DNA from: Octopus bimaculoides
Taxonomy: Eukaryota
Direction: 5' to 3'
Assembly (NCBI RefSeq): GCF_001194135.2
Contig: NC_068981.1
Location: forward strand, 62,808,193-62,872,192
DNA length: 64,000 nt
Shown: piece by piece, positions 38,335 through 49,871 of the stretch
Numbering within the stretch: the first letter of the stretch is position 1
Layout of the letters: each line of letters opens with the position of its first letter
Notes under the pieces: model-generated
Seen by the model: the letters and a program-made list of their open reading frames with translations, nothing else
Database searches by the model: none
What the model was told of the DNA's origin: nothing
Program-made: the position numbers and the translations under genes

Positions 38335-39110
38335 TTTGCCCTTTGCATGATGAAATATCTTCAAGATTCCAGAAGCAACTGATTCCTCCAAGGTTTTTGA
38401 GTTTCGTGTCTGGTCCCACCATGTCATCGCAAGACAAACAAAAGTTGCTGTGAATCGTACATGTATGTTGACGTCGTTGCTTTACTCATGTGAGACATGG
38501 ACCCCTTAGTCATCATTCAACGGTCCTTGAACGCTTCCATCAGAGACGTCTGAGACATATCCTGAATGTTGGGTGGTCCTTGATGACTCCAGATACCGAG
38601 GGAGACAGACATCCTGAGCATTGAGGCGATGATGCACAAGCACCGTTTACGTTGGACTGGACACTTTGATCGGACGAATGATCAAAGAATTTCTAAGCAG
38701 ACACTATATGGTGAACTTGTTTGTTGAAAGCGCCCTCAGCAGAAACAAAGACTACAGTTTAAGGATTATATAAAGTTCTGGTTGAAGGCATGTGAGATAT
38801 GGAAGGTCAATTGGAAAAGCAATGCTCGTCATTGCCATCAGTGGAGAAAACAAATGAAGTAAAGAGTGGGTATTTTTGAAGAAACACATTATTTCATGCT
38901 GAACTTTAGCGAGCTGCACGAAAACACACCGCCAGCATAGTGAATGGGAGAAGTTTGGTCTGCAGTATCTCAGATGTACATGTCTATCAAAGGATGGGAT
39001 CGTTAGTCACCAGCGGAGCCACAAGTGTAGAATATAATTTTGTGTGAGTACACAATGTTCTTAATGGTTAGTAATGGTCTTCTTCGGTCACGAATTGACA
39101 GCCATCATAC
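38335..39110 (+). mobile_element. RTE/BovB-like LINE 3' portion
   Basis: RVWSHH..TKVAV..SLLYSCETWT, LERFHQRRLRHIL, HRLRWTGH, KQTLYGEL and a terminal SHQRSH-type C2H2 remnant. Confidence 0.85.
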
Positions 39111-39304
39111 ATGCACGTGCAATCATATACATGTATGCGTGTCTATCATAAGTTGGTGTAGGATAACATTGTAAAGTGTCTATCAATTTGAATTTTAATA
39201 ACCAATCAATTTTTTACTCATAATGTTATATAAATGAAGTTTAGGTACGGATATTTCCATTTCAGAAACGTGATCTATTTTACATTACGGTAAAGGGAGA
39301 GGGC

Positions 39305-39340
<36 letters not shown>

Positions 39341-40119
39341 TTTGATGTATGTGTGTTTAAGAATATTTACATCAATATCCAAGCTCCGTAAAACAGTAAT
39401 CCAGGTACAGTACTTCAAAGGTGATCTACTAACCACGTGACTGGTTGATATGGTAAATGAGAGAATGCAGGTTTAAATGATGATCCATCTCGTTCAGGTT
39501 CCTCCTGAACAGAAGAGAATAAGCAACTAATCAGCCGTTATTCCTAGGTTGCTCTTATGTGAGCTCTAATTTAACCGAATATCAGCCATTTAAATGTACG
39601 CCATTTTAACTTTTAACGCATATAACCATTAAATGAAGATGATTTTTTGATCACCAAGCTCAATTCTGCGAAAAAATGGCGTTCTTTTGTCGTGATCCAC
39701 GTTTTATTTATCGCACAATGGGGTTACATTTCATGCAGATGGAATCAATAGAATCAGTTGCGTGCAATAGGAAACGCATGTTTAGTCCTGAATTTTGCAT
39801 CTCGACAGCCTACAATTTACAAATCTTTCTTTGTCGAAGTCTGCAATACTGGTTGTCATTACCAGATTTAAAAAGAAATTCGAGCCTGTTCTTCCTTCAC
39901 TAATTCGCATTTTTCATCAAATTGATTCAGGCAGCAAGCAGGATTTTGTGAAACAACTTCAAGATCTCTTAACATGACACTTCTTGAGATTTTTGTGTGC
40001 GTGTGCGTGAGTGCGTGTGTGTGCGTGCGTGTGTGTGAGTGTGTGTGCGTGCGTGTGTGCGTGCGTGCGTGTGTACGTGTTTGTATGAGTGTGTCTATAT
40101 ATATACATATATACATGTG

Positions 40120-40577
40120 CGTGTCTTTCATGTTTGAAGGGTTTTAGTCGAACAAATCGACGCAAATATTTTTTTTAAGCCTGTTGCTTATTCTACCACC
40201 TCTTTTGCTGAATCCCTAAGTCACAGGGATGTAAACAAGCCAACACCGTTTGCTAAACTATGGTAAGCATCACACACACATACATATGTAAGTAAGTAAT
40301 ATATATATATACGGTAGTGCATAAGCATGGCCGCAGCTGTAAGCTGAAACTATAAAAAAAAAAAATATATATATATATTTATATATATATGTGAGTGTGT
40401 GTGTATACATACACACACACACATACATACATGCACACATATACCTACGATGGGTTTCCATACAGTTTCAGACAAGAGCTGTAGTACAAACTCTTATCCG
40501 AGGTGCCGCACAGTGGGACTGAACTTGGAATCACGTGGTTACAAAGCAAGCTTAACTACACAGCCATGTCTGCACCT
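40120..40577 (-). mobile_element. SINE family B copy with expanded internal (AT)/(TG) tract
   Basis: TTTTAGTCGAACAAATCGAC..GTAAACAAGCCAACACC..CAGTTTCAGAC..GTGCCGCACAGTGGGACTGAAC. Confidence 0.7.
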
Positions 40578-40891
40578 AATACACGCGCGCGCTCACAGAA
40601 ATGTATATTTGGAAAATCTTATCCTTAACCTAGCTTTGCTATGAAAGGGTGAAAGTGGGACAAAGTGTGCGTGTGCGTGTGTATTCATAAATAGGGGCGG
40701 TGTTACAAGCATGCCTGTGGGTGTGAGAGCTATTTTGTTGGGGTCCATTTTTATATTTCATTCATTTCTCATTATATACAATCACAAACGTTTTCAACTT
40801 TCGGCTAGCTGGGAATATTTGTCGCATATCACAATCATACAAACACACTCACTAACACTTTCACAAGCGTACACTCAAAATATACATTTAT

Positions 40892-40931
<40 letters not shown>

Positions 40932-41711
40932 ACGCACATAAACTCACACACTGACTTTTGTATATTTTTATTACTTATGAAAAGTCTGAACGACGGAAGA
41001 TATAACTAACATAAGTGATTAGAGAAACAAAACAACATCTCCTGTAAACAGGATATTAAATTAAGAGCGTCCAATATATTTGTGTGCGTCTGTGCATATA
41101 TATATANNNNNNNNNNNNNNNNNNNNNNNNNNNNNNNNNNNNNNNNNNNNNNNNNNNNNNNNNNNNNNNNNNNNNNNNNNNNNNNNNNNNNNNNNNNNNN
41201 NNNNNNNNNNNNNNNNNNNNNNNNNNNNNNNNNNNNNNNNNNNNNNNNNNNNNNNNNNNNNNNNNNNNNNNNNNNNNNNNNNNNNNNNNNNNNNNNNNNN
41301 NNNNNNNNNNNNNNNNNNNNNNNNNNNNNNNNNNNNNNNNNNNNNNNNNNNNNNNNNNNNNNNNNNNNNNNNNNNNNNNNNNNNNNNNNNNNNNNNNNNN
41401 NNNNNNNNNNNNNNNNNNNNNNNNNNNNNNNNNNNNNNNNNNNNNNNNNNNNNNNNNNNNNNNNNNNNNNNNNNNNNNNNNNNNNNNNNNNNNNNNNNNN
41501 NNNNNNNNNNNNNNNNNNNNNNNNNNNNNNNNNNNNNNNNNNNNNNNNNNNNNNNNNNNNNNNNNNNNNNNNNNNNNNNNNNNNNNNNNNNNNNNNNNNN
41601 NNNNNNNNNNNNNNNNNNNNNNNNNNNNNNNNNNNNNNNNNNNNNNNNNNNNNNNNNNNNNNNNNNNNNNNNNNNNNNNNNNNNNNNNNNNNNNNNNNNN
41701 NNNNNNNNNNN

Positions 41712-41749
<38 letters not shown>

Positions 41750-41769
41750 TTGTGTGTGTGTGCGTTTGT

Positions 41770-41965
41770 GTCTGTGTTCCCCATCACCATCGCTTGACAA
41801 CTGATGTTGGTGTGTTAACGTCCCCGTAACTTAGTGGTTCAGCAAAGAGATCGATAGAATAAGTACTAGGTTTACAAAGAATAAGTCCTGGGGTCGACTT
41901 GTTCGACTAAATCCCCTTAAGGTAGTGCCGCAGCCAAATGACAGAAGCAAGTAAAAGAATAAGAA
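41770..41965 (+). mobile_element. SINE family B 3' half (5' part probably in the gap)
   Basis: CGCTTGACAACTGATGTTGGTGTG..CCCCGTAACTTAGTGGTTCAGCAAAG..GGGGTCGACTTGTTCGACTAAA. Confidence 0.8.
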
Positions 41966-43149
41966 GAAATAATTAGACGTAAAATCTAAAAATTATTAGT
42001 ATTGGGAATCAAATGTGAAAATATCAAGTGGCTAGCAGAAAACCGCCTGGAGAGCGGTCTTTCTGCTAGTATAGATAATGTTGTCTGGTTGAAAGAAGAC
42101 GAAGGAAGAGATGAATGAGAGGGGTGAAGGAGGGCGTATGGAAAAGAGGAAGGGAAAGATATGTTAGGGAGAAGGAAGGAAAAATTCACATGAGAGGAAA
42201 AATTCGGAGAAGGCAAAGGAGAAAGACGTTCTGAAATACATAACTCATCTGCCAACACCACAGTATGTTGTGCGTATGTGTGTCATGTGACCATCAAAGT
42301 AACTGACGCCATAATGACCCAAAATTAATTTACAAAACTTGGTGCTTTCGAACGTGTGTGTGTGTGTGTGTTTATTTTTGCAGTGACCATCTCGGTGATG
42401 CTGGAACCGCCTTCGGAATTAAATGTTCTTTGTCTTTATCTAAGGGTCTTATCTTTTGTTGGATTTTCCACTGCACTGGAATCTTAAATTGGTTCAGGCC
42501 GCTCTGCTTTGGTTGTAGCTAATCGGTAAGTTACAAAGTGCTTTTAAATTCCATATATATATATATGTATGTATATGTGTATGTGTATACGAGTATGTGT
42601 GTATGAATATGTACGAGTTCATATATTTCATATATATACTTACAAATGAGTACTTTCTATTTGGCGCCCTATCGCACATGTTGATGATATAGTCCGCTAA
42701 ACTCCAGGCTTCGTGAATTTTAATAATTGCTCTCTTCGGTACAACATACTGTGACGGAAAGTACAAAACTTTAAATTCACACCCTGTCAGACGTCTCTCA
42801 GGTTTGGTTAGAAGCAAGGTGTACCAGCTTCTGGTTTCTTATATGAGCAACGTATAGTAGCTCTATGCTTTTTTAATATCTATCCCTATCTGATATATAC
42901 TTTCCTCATTACTTGTACAATGAAATATGTAGTTTGTTGATGAGGTCATAATATTGAAACAGGTCGTTTTACATTTTTGCAGAAAAAAAATAAGTATATA
43001 GATATACTGAGTTTATTATTCTAATATAGGCACATGACCAAAAATTTAGTGAAAGGCTGTAGTCGATTCAATCGATTACAGTTTTTGGTTGTATTAATAT
43101 TATCGTTCCCAAGAAGCAAAAAACGTGAGATATGTTTACAACTCCTGAA

Positions 43150-43953
43150 GAAACGCTTTTGCGTTGTGAAACCTAGCGGCCATTATTCAGCAATTCAATT
43201 TCAAAAAAGCCACTATCGAACTACTAAAGATGACTTTGTGTATCGCATTGCCCTTGAGCTATCCCGCCTCCCAAACAGCAGCTGATCCTTCTGGTCCCTT
43301 GCCAAAAGAATATCTATCAAATTTATAAAATCCTGTTCCTCTCCTGTACTCAGCGACGATGATACTGAGAGCAGTACACTCACGATAAAAGCCTTTACGT
43401 TTGCAACCAGATTCGAAGCTATCTCCTCTCTGCACACAATTAGTAAATCGCCTTCAAATCGATTTTTTATTCCTTTTCAGCTTTCCAGATTTACCACCAT
43501 ATGTACATACACGACAAATGCGAAAAGCCTCCAGTCACTTCAAACCAACAAAGTCACCTGACAATGTTCCTTCCACTATCCACAAATATTATCACCTAAC
43601 TCTTCAATTTCTCCCTCTCTAATGAGACTTACTCTGATTTTTGGAAACCTACTACAATGTGTTGCATTCCTAGGAAAGGCAACCTTTTTAGACCCTGTCC
43701 TCTCTAACCCTATCGCACTCCTAATATTATCTCCAAGGTGATGGAGGCAGCCATTAACAATGACGTCCTCCAACGCCTTGAATCCCTCTCTCTCTCTCTC
43801 TTTCGTCTGTTCTCTCTCTCTCTTCCTCTCTCTCTCTCTTCCTCTCTCTCTCTCTCTCTTCTCACCCTCTCTTTCACTTTCGTTCTTCCATTCTCTCTCT
43901 CCCCTTCTCTCTTTCACTCTCCTTTTTCACCCTCTCTTTCATTCTTGTTCTTC

Positions 43954-44025
<72 letters not shown>

Positions 44026-45085
44026 AACGATATGTACAGTCTCCTAAAGCCAAATTCACTGGTAAATTACTTTCTTATGTCACCTCGCCTTGACGAAATA
44101 TACTGAAAGCAATGTTGTCCTTGACATCATCAAATGTTTCGACCGTGTCTGGCGAGTGAATATCCTGCTGAGGCTACCCACTTTTCAGCGCTACTAGTTT
44201 CTCATCTCTTGAACTGGTACTTTCCTATCAGTTCTCACTAAATCGGCTTGTTGTCGAAGCTCTTTTTGTTCCTCACTATTAATTCCAGCGTACCCAATGG
44301 CTCGGTTTTGTTCCCTACTCTCTTTCTTCCATACATTAATGACTGATTAGCTGTCACGTCCAGCAACATCCACTTTTGCGCAGATAGCATTACTCTTCAT
44401 TCTTCCCGAGCTCTATCTCACCGTGCATCATCCGCACGCAACCTAGACACCACGCGCCAAATCCGCACCGATTACCTTAAGCGAGTTCTTTGAAAGGATC
44501 TCCCAATGGAGTATGCCAGTTTTGTCTATTTCAGCAGTAAAAACAACACAAATGACACTCATATCAAATAAACACCATCGCACCACACACCCTCTTAAGC
44601 ATAAACAGCATGCAGCCAGAGCCCTAACAATCACTAAAAAAAAACAGGGAAAATGCTATCCCGCGAACATAGAGAGAACTACATTCCAGCAACTAGCCCT
44701 TCTATTCATATCAAGCAGATACTTTAGCCCCCAACAGTTATTGCCACACTACTTAGCTCAACTGAGGCTAAAATTGGAATATTGCATCCACATCTGAGAC
44801 AGTGTTGCTGCTGCACACATCGATATCCTCAACCGCACCCAAACTAGAACCCATCTCACTGCTCGGTATGAGCGCACTGAGAAGCATACCAGCTTATGGC
44901 TCACAACAGCATTATTATCTCTCCCTTTTCTCCCGTTACTATAATGGCCTCTACCCCTCAGAACAAGATGGAGCCAAACCACCTCCACTCAACAAGGGTC
45001 GTGCGAAGAAGAGACATTAGCGCAGGTCTAGAAAGATTAAATCCGACCCACACTACACACAATGCCCAGTCCTTCTCAAATCATT
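43150..45085 (+). mobile_element. CR1/Jockey-group LINE RT relic with an internal (CT)n expansion at ~43785-44022
   Basis: SFWSLAKRI, SKVMEAAINN, LDIIKCFDRVW (cf. LDISKAFDRVW), INSSVPNGSVLFPTLFLPYIND (cf. GVPQGSVLSPTLFLLYIND), HFCADS and LRLKLEYCIHIW. Confidence 0.8.
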
Positions 45086-45319
45086 AGCTTTCTGGAATTC
45101 TAGAAGTTTTGAGACTTTATAGGATAGGTAGTTATAACTTCTTGAGGATCATAGTTTCTGCATATCATTACTATACATCAAATAAAGTGACCTGCAATTT
45201 TTTTACTATTCTAGATTAAAGGAGACGTTTGTAACAGTTCTTTGAAAAGACACTACTAAGCACTGATTGTCACAGCTGACTAGTTTGCAGAATATAGTCA
45301 GGACTTCAAGGCAATTTAG

Positions 45320-45790
45320 AATCTCGCTATGCAATAAGGTTTTGTGTCAAACTGGGCAGAAATACAAGAGAAACTTATGAAATGCTCCAGACAGCTTATG
45401 TATTCATTTGTGTGGTCCGAATGTTTTTCGTTGGCATAAGAGGCCAAGGCAAAGCAAATCCACCGAGACATTCATAATGGTTCCCTTTTTCAACAGCAAG
45501 GATATCATCTACATCCATTGGGTTCCCTCTGGCCAGATGGTTGACAAAGATACTTTGTCAAGTAGAAGAATTCAAAAGTTAAGGAGATTTCGTCGCAAAA
45601 GGCCAGAGCACCAGCACAAGGACAATGCACCAGTTAGTCCACAAATCCATCCTAGTAACCAACTACTTAACAGAGGTGGACATCAAAACTATCCCTAGAC
45701 TTCCTTACAATCCAGTCCTTGCTCCCAATAACTTATGGTTGTTCCCCAAGCTGAAGGAGAGATGAAGGAAGCTGTAACAAGGGTCAAGTT
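45320..45790 (+). mobile_element. Internally deleted mariner transposase relic
   Basis: RYAIRFCVKLGRNTRETYEMLQTAY, VFRWHKR, FFNSKDIIYIHWVPSGQMV, KDNAP and LPYNPVLAPNNLWLFPKLK (cf. PPYSPDLAPxDFWLFPKLK). Confidence 0.75.
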
Positions 45791-45792
45791 AC

Positions 45793-45985
45793 TAAGGCAG
45801 CGAGCTGGAGAAACGTTAGCACGCCGGATAAAATGCTTAGCAGCATTTCATTCGTGTTTACGTTCTGAGTCCAAATTTCGCCGTAGTCGACTTTATCTTA
45901 CATCCTTTCGGGGTCGATAAAATAAATACCAACTTACTTCCTCCACCTCCGAACTTGCTGGCCTTGTGCCAATATTTGATACCAA
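45793..45985 (+). mobile_element. SINE family A copy
   Basis: TAAGGCAGCGAGCTGGAGAAACGTTAGCACGCCGG..CATCCTTTCGGGGTCGATAAAAT. Confidence 0.85.
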
Positions 45986-46054
45986 TATTACTTAAATTAC
46001 TACATACAACCTACCTGTATTAACTTCATAATTTTGTCTTTTCTTCTGTTTTAG

Positions 46055-46106
46055 GTCTCATTGTCTTGCCTCTGTGTTCTCGGTGTTGCCTTCGAGATAC
46101 CGAAAG
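46055..46106 (+). other. Candidate 52-nt internal exon of an unidentified host gene
   Basis: Strong acceptor attttgtcttttcttctgttttag|G and donor AAG|gtaaat in non-repeat sequence. All three frames are open (VSLSCLCVLGVAFEIPK; LIVLPLCSRCCLRDTE; SHCLASVFSVLPSRYRK). Confidence 0.45.
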
Positions 46107-46184
46107 GTAAATATTGTATTCATTTACATTTGTTTTTGTACTTATAAGTGTTTATTGTTGTTTGACTTAAATTTAAATCTGTAG

Positions 46185-47184
46185 ACTTTACCTGTCAACC
46201 CTGCCTGTCGCACCATTTGACTCAAAAATACCTTTGGACGAAGACAACTTCGTTGTCATGATTCGAAATGGGTCTCCAGTCTGAGGATAACTCGCTCTAG
46301 TCGTATGCCTCTTTTCTATGTTAGAAACAATCTGGCTAGTCTGTTACGGAGGACTTTCCATTCGGGAACTATCATGGATAATTTCCAGATGTCCTTGGCC
46401 TAGTGTTGCTACCTCGGAGCACTACCGGTTCAAGATAAACTCTACATGTACGGATGTACTGTCAGACGGACTTGTCTGAGGTGCGCGTAGAGTGACGAAA
46501 CGTTCTGCACGCCCTCATTTAGTGTCCGGGCATTATTGACTTGTGGGGTTATGTTGAACAGCTGCTGTCACGTGTGGGACGGATGTGTCTGTCGGCCGAG
46601 TCTATAGTGATGCTCGCACCACCGTCCTCCTTCAATCGGACAGGCAAGGCAGTTTTCCTTTGCCTGGTGGCTGTGGTGAAAGAGGCTGTTTGGTGGACAA
46701 GGCTAAAAAGGCATGATGACAGATACATTCCTCTTTGGTAGAACTCTCATTGACATCTTCAAGTTTCACATGAAAAGAAAATTAAGAGTGGAGAAGGAAG
46801 TGCTGTCCTCGAGTAAGTTTACTGAAAGGTGGGTGAAAGTTGCGAAAATGGCAAGAGTGAATGGTACCTTTAAGTGTAGACATGTGAGTCGGAGACAAGG
46901 AACTGGAGAGAGCATTTGCTCCCAGGGTTTCAAGGAAATCTCGGACATTGGGGTTCCTCGATTATCCCTAGAGGCCTTCTTGTATCAAGAGGGCTACATC
47001 TCTATAATCCTCCCCGCTATTTTTTTTTTTTTTACTTTTGTATGCTATGCATATGTCCCTTCCTTTTCAGTGTATACCGTGTATACTTGCTTTTTTTTTA
47101 TCATTTCATTATTATATGTAAACCCCCACACTTTGTCTCTGTATTGTCCCTCTCATCCTTCGCCCTTGTGGCAAATAAATGAAA

Positions 47185-47185
<1 letters not shown>
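46185..47185 (+). mobile_element. Tx1/L1-type LINE 3' portion (zf-RVT region + 3' UTR)
   Basis: DNFQMSLA*CCYLGALPVQDKLY..RRTCLRCA*SDET..HAL (Cys-His zf-RVT), LWGYVEQLLSRVG and LVAVVKEAVWWTRLK. Ends AAATAAATGAAAT, then (ATT)n. Confidence 0.8.

Positions 47186-47186
<1 letters not shown>

Positions 47187-47243
<57 letters not shown>
47187..47243. repeat. (ATT)n microsatellite, representative of the window's dozens of (CA)n, (TA)n, (GA)n, (TATG)n and (AGAT)n tracts
   Basis: Direct inspection. Confidence 0.95.
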
Positions 47244-47245
<2 letters not shown>

Positions 47246-47263
47246 GGCGGCGAGCAACAACAA

Positions 47264-47460
47264 CAAGGCCTGACATTTTAGGGAAGGGGGCAGTCGATTA
47301 GATTGACTCCAATGTTTCACTGGTACTTAATTTATCGACCCCGAAAAGATGAAAGCAAAGTTGACCTCGGCGGAATTTGAACTCAGTATGTAGCGACGGG
47401 CGAAATACCGCTAAGCATTTCGTCCAGCGTGCTAGCGATTCTACCAGCTCGCCGCCTTGA
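47264..47460 (-). mobile_element. SINE family A, full-length young copy
   Basis: Near-consensus reverse complement ending GCTCGCCGCCTTGA. Confidence 0.9.
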
Positions 47461-47490
47461 TAATAATAATAATGATTTAAAATTTTGCCA

Positions 47491-47547
47491 CCAACCAGAC
47501 CTTTCGCGACACCCTTAAAGCCAGGAACTTTTCAGCATCTCCTCGTA
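47491..47547 (-). mobile_element. Mariner terminal fragment
   Basis: Reverse complement TACGAGGAGATGCTGAAAAGTTCC begins like the TACGAGG..-type mariner TIR at 16501. Confidence 0.5.
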
Positions 47548-48210
47548 TGATCTTTTCCACCTCTCCCGATGTCGTATCGAGAGGGGTCTCTACTATAATC
47601 TCCGATCAAAACATCTGTTCGTTTCACTTCGAAAAGGGTGTATCGGAAGTCAATTTCATAGGTTGTATTTGTTCCCTAAAAAACAGTATCAATGATAGAA
47701 CCCCGTATTATTTGCTGCTGTTATAATTAATGTTCTTGATGATGTTAATAATGCTTATATTCTAATGATGCAGGCGAAAATATCTATAAACTGAATTAAC
47801 GATATTACTTCGATCTCCGGCAGAAATTATTGTTTCACCAACATTGCGCATTGTGTTATATATAATCATTTTGAGTAAATCAAATTGGGATTTTTGTTTT
47901 GCTTTTTTATAAGAATATAACGATGCATCTTACAGCAAAGCCATACAGGTGTTCAATTAACTGCAAAGATAATTGAATAGCTATTGAAGAAAACTACTAA
48001 CGTATTCATGGTATTTTCTTAAGAATACAAGTTGTGTAAATGATGCCCAAGAAGCAATTTCTTGGATGGCTGCGCATAATTGAATTGGCATAAAATCAGT
48101 AAATTTTTTAAAGACTTAGTTCATAACAAAGTTCAAATGGTTTCTGCAGAAAAAAATTAAAACGATCAGCAACAAAAAAAAAACAGCAACAAGTACAATA
48201 ATAATAATAC

Positions 48211-48425
48211 TTTCTACTATAGGCACAACGCTTGAAATTTGTGGGGCAGAGATAGTTATATATATATCGACCCCGGTTTGCAACTGGTACTTATTTTATC
48301 GACCCCGAAAAAATGGAAAGCAGATTCGTCATCGACAGAATCTGAACTCGGAATGTGGAAGACGGATGAAATGCCGCTAAACATTTTGCCTGGCATGCTA
48401 ATAATTCTGCCAGCTCGCCGGCTTA
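48211..48425 (-). mobile_element. SINE family A, full-length copy
   Basis: TTTCTACTATAGGCACAACG..GGTACTTATTTTATCGACCCCG..CTGCCAGCTCGCC. Confidence 0.85.
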
Positions 48426-48449
48426 ATAATAATAATACTGGATTTTTGT

Positions 48450-49871
48450 GAGGAAGGGAAAATCGATCACATCGACCCCTGTACTTGACTGGTACTTAAT
48501 TTATCGACCTCGAAAGGATGAAAGGCAAAGTTGACCTCGACGCAATTTGAACTCAGAAAGTAGAGATAGACGAAATACCAATTTCTTTATTGCCTATAGG
48601 GGGCCAAACACAGAAATGGACAAAACAACTGATTGGGATCAGTAATACGTTATGATTTTACATAAAATATGAATATAGAAATTATATAAAATATTTTTTA
48701 AAAATCCGGACACTGGACAATAGCGTGAGGGACGGTTTCCTTGTCTCCCCTGCATCTTGGACAGGTCGGAGACTGACGCTTACCATGTCTTGCAAGCTTA
48801 TCCCAAACGGGAAAAGCACCTCTGTAACATTGACAGATCAAGGACTTTTGGAAGTTGTCCAACGTTCTCAACCCGAATGTACGATGGAACAGGCTGTCCA
48901 GTTAAATATACCCGAGACCTAGAGTCGCCCCTAGGCTATCGTCACATTTAGACTCCACCAACCCACTATATAAAATTCGTGTAGAACCTCCACCGTTGGC
49001 TTTGCCCGCGCGCCGGAATAGCAGGAGGGCCTTACGGCACTCTTTATGCCATTCACTCGACTACGGTCTACGAAAACACCAGGCTTCCTGTTCGCAAAAA
49101 CTTTTGAACTAGGAGAACATTTGTCTGGCCAGCGGAGACCATCCAGGAGAATCCAAAGATGCTTCAGCCTCAACGCATGCTTGCGCATCATTAACCAAGG
49201 CATCCCTAAACCTCCCTTTAACGGCTTTTGACAAGAGACAGAGTGTTTCACAAGTGGCGACCTGCCTTTCGACAATAAACGAACGATCTGTCTCTCCAAC
49301 CTTATCAACCACGAATCCGGACAGAGCACGACGGTCAGGCGGTAAGTAATGACCGATGCGATAAAAACATTAGCCACCTCTGCCCTCCCTTTCAGGTCTT
49401 GATTACTGCAGCCACCCTACTCGAAACCTCCGTCTAGTTCTTCTCTATCTGGAAGCCTGGTCTAAACCAGACTCCCAGCAAGTTAACTGGTCCCTCTGTC
49501 CAGCGCCTAACAACGCTGTCTGAAGGCATCGATTTGCCAACCCAGGTGCCGAGCTGCAAGCCGACCGACTTTTCCCGATTAATCTTTGCTCCTGCCACCG
49601 TCTCATAAACCTCAATAGCCTTACCCACTTCACGTAGGCGTGCTACTGTGGTTACGCTGATAGTTATATCGTCCGCGTAAGCGGTAACAAACTCCTCTAA
49701 ACTTTGTTTTCTTGGGATGTCACTCAACCATTGCAGTAGGGGCTCAAGAGCCACCACATACAAAAGTGGTGAAAGTGGACATCCTTGACGAACTCAGAAC
49801 GTAACGGCAGACGAAATACCGCTAAGCATTTCGCCCGGCGTGCTAACGTTTCTGCCAGCTCACCGCCTTGA
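48450..49871 (-). mobile_element. SINE family A copy split by a Tx1 insertion (tail 48450-48579, head 49790-49871)
   Basis: The SINE sequence resumes collinearly on both sides of the LINE; 31-bp duplication at 48549-48579 / 49790-49820. Confidence 0.85.
48580..49789 (-). mobile_element. 5'-truncated Tx1/L1-type LINE (RT to zf-RVT + 3' end)
   Basis: VRQGCPLSPLLYVVALEPLL, TAYADDIT, GAKINREKS, KGGLGMP and CQCYRGAFPVWDKLARHG..TCPRCRGDKETVPHAIVQC. 3' end GGCAATAAAGAAATT. Confidence 0.92.

Noticed and set aside
39640-39975. Possible hAT C-terminal relic on the minus strand
   Set aside because: Motif matches were too weak and frame-dependent to call.
42384-42525. AG..GTAAGT-bounded segment
   Set aside because: All frames hit stops before the donor, and the start resembles repeat-derived sequence.
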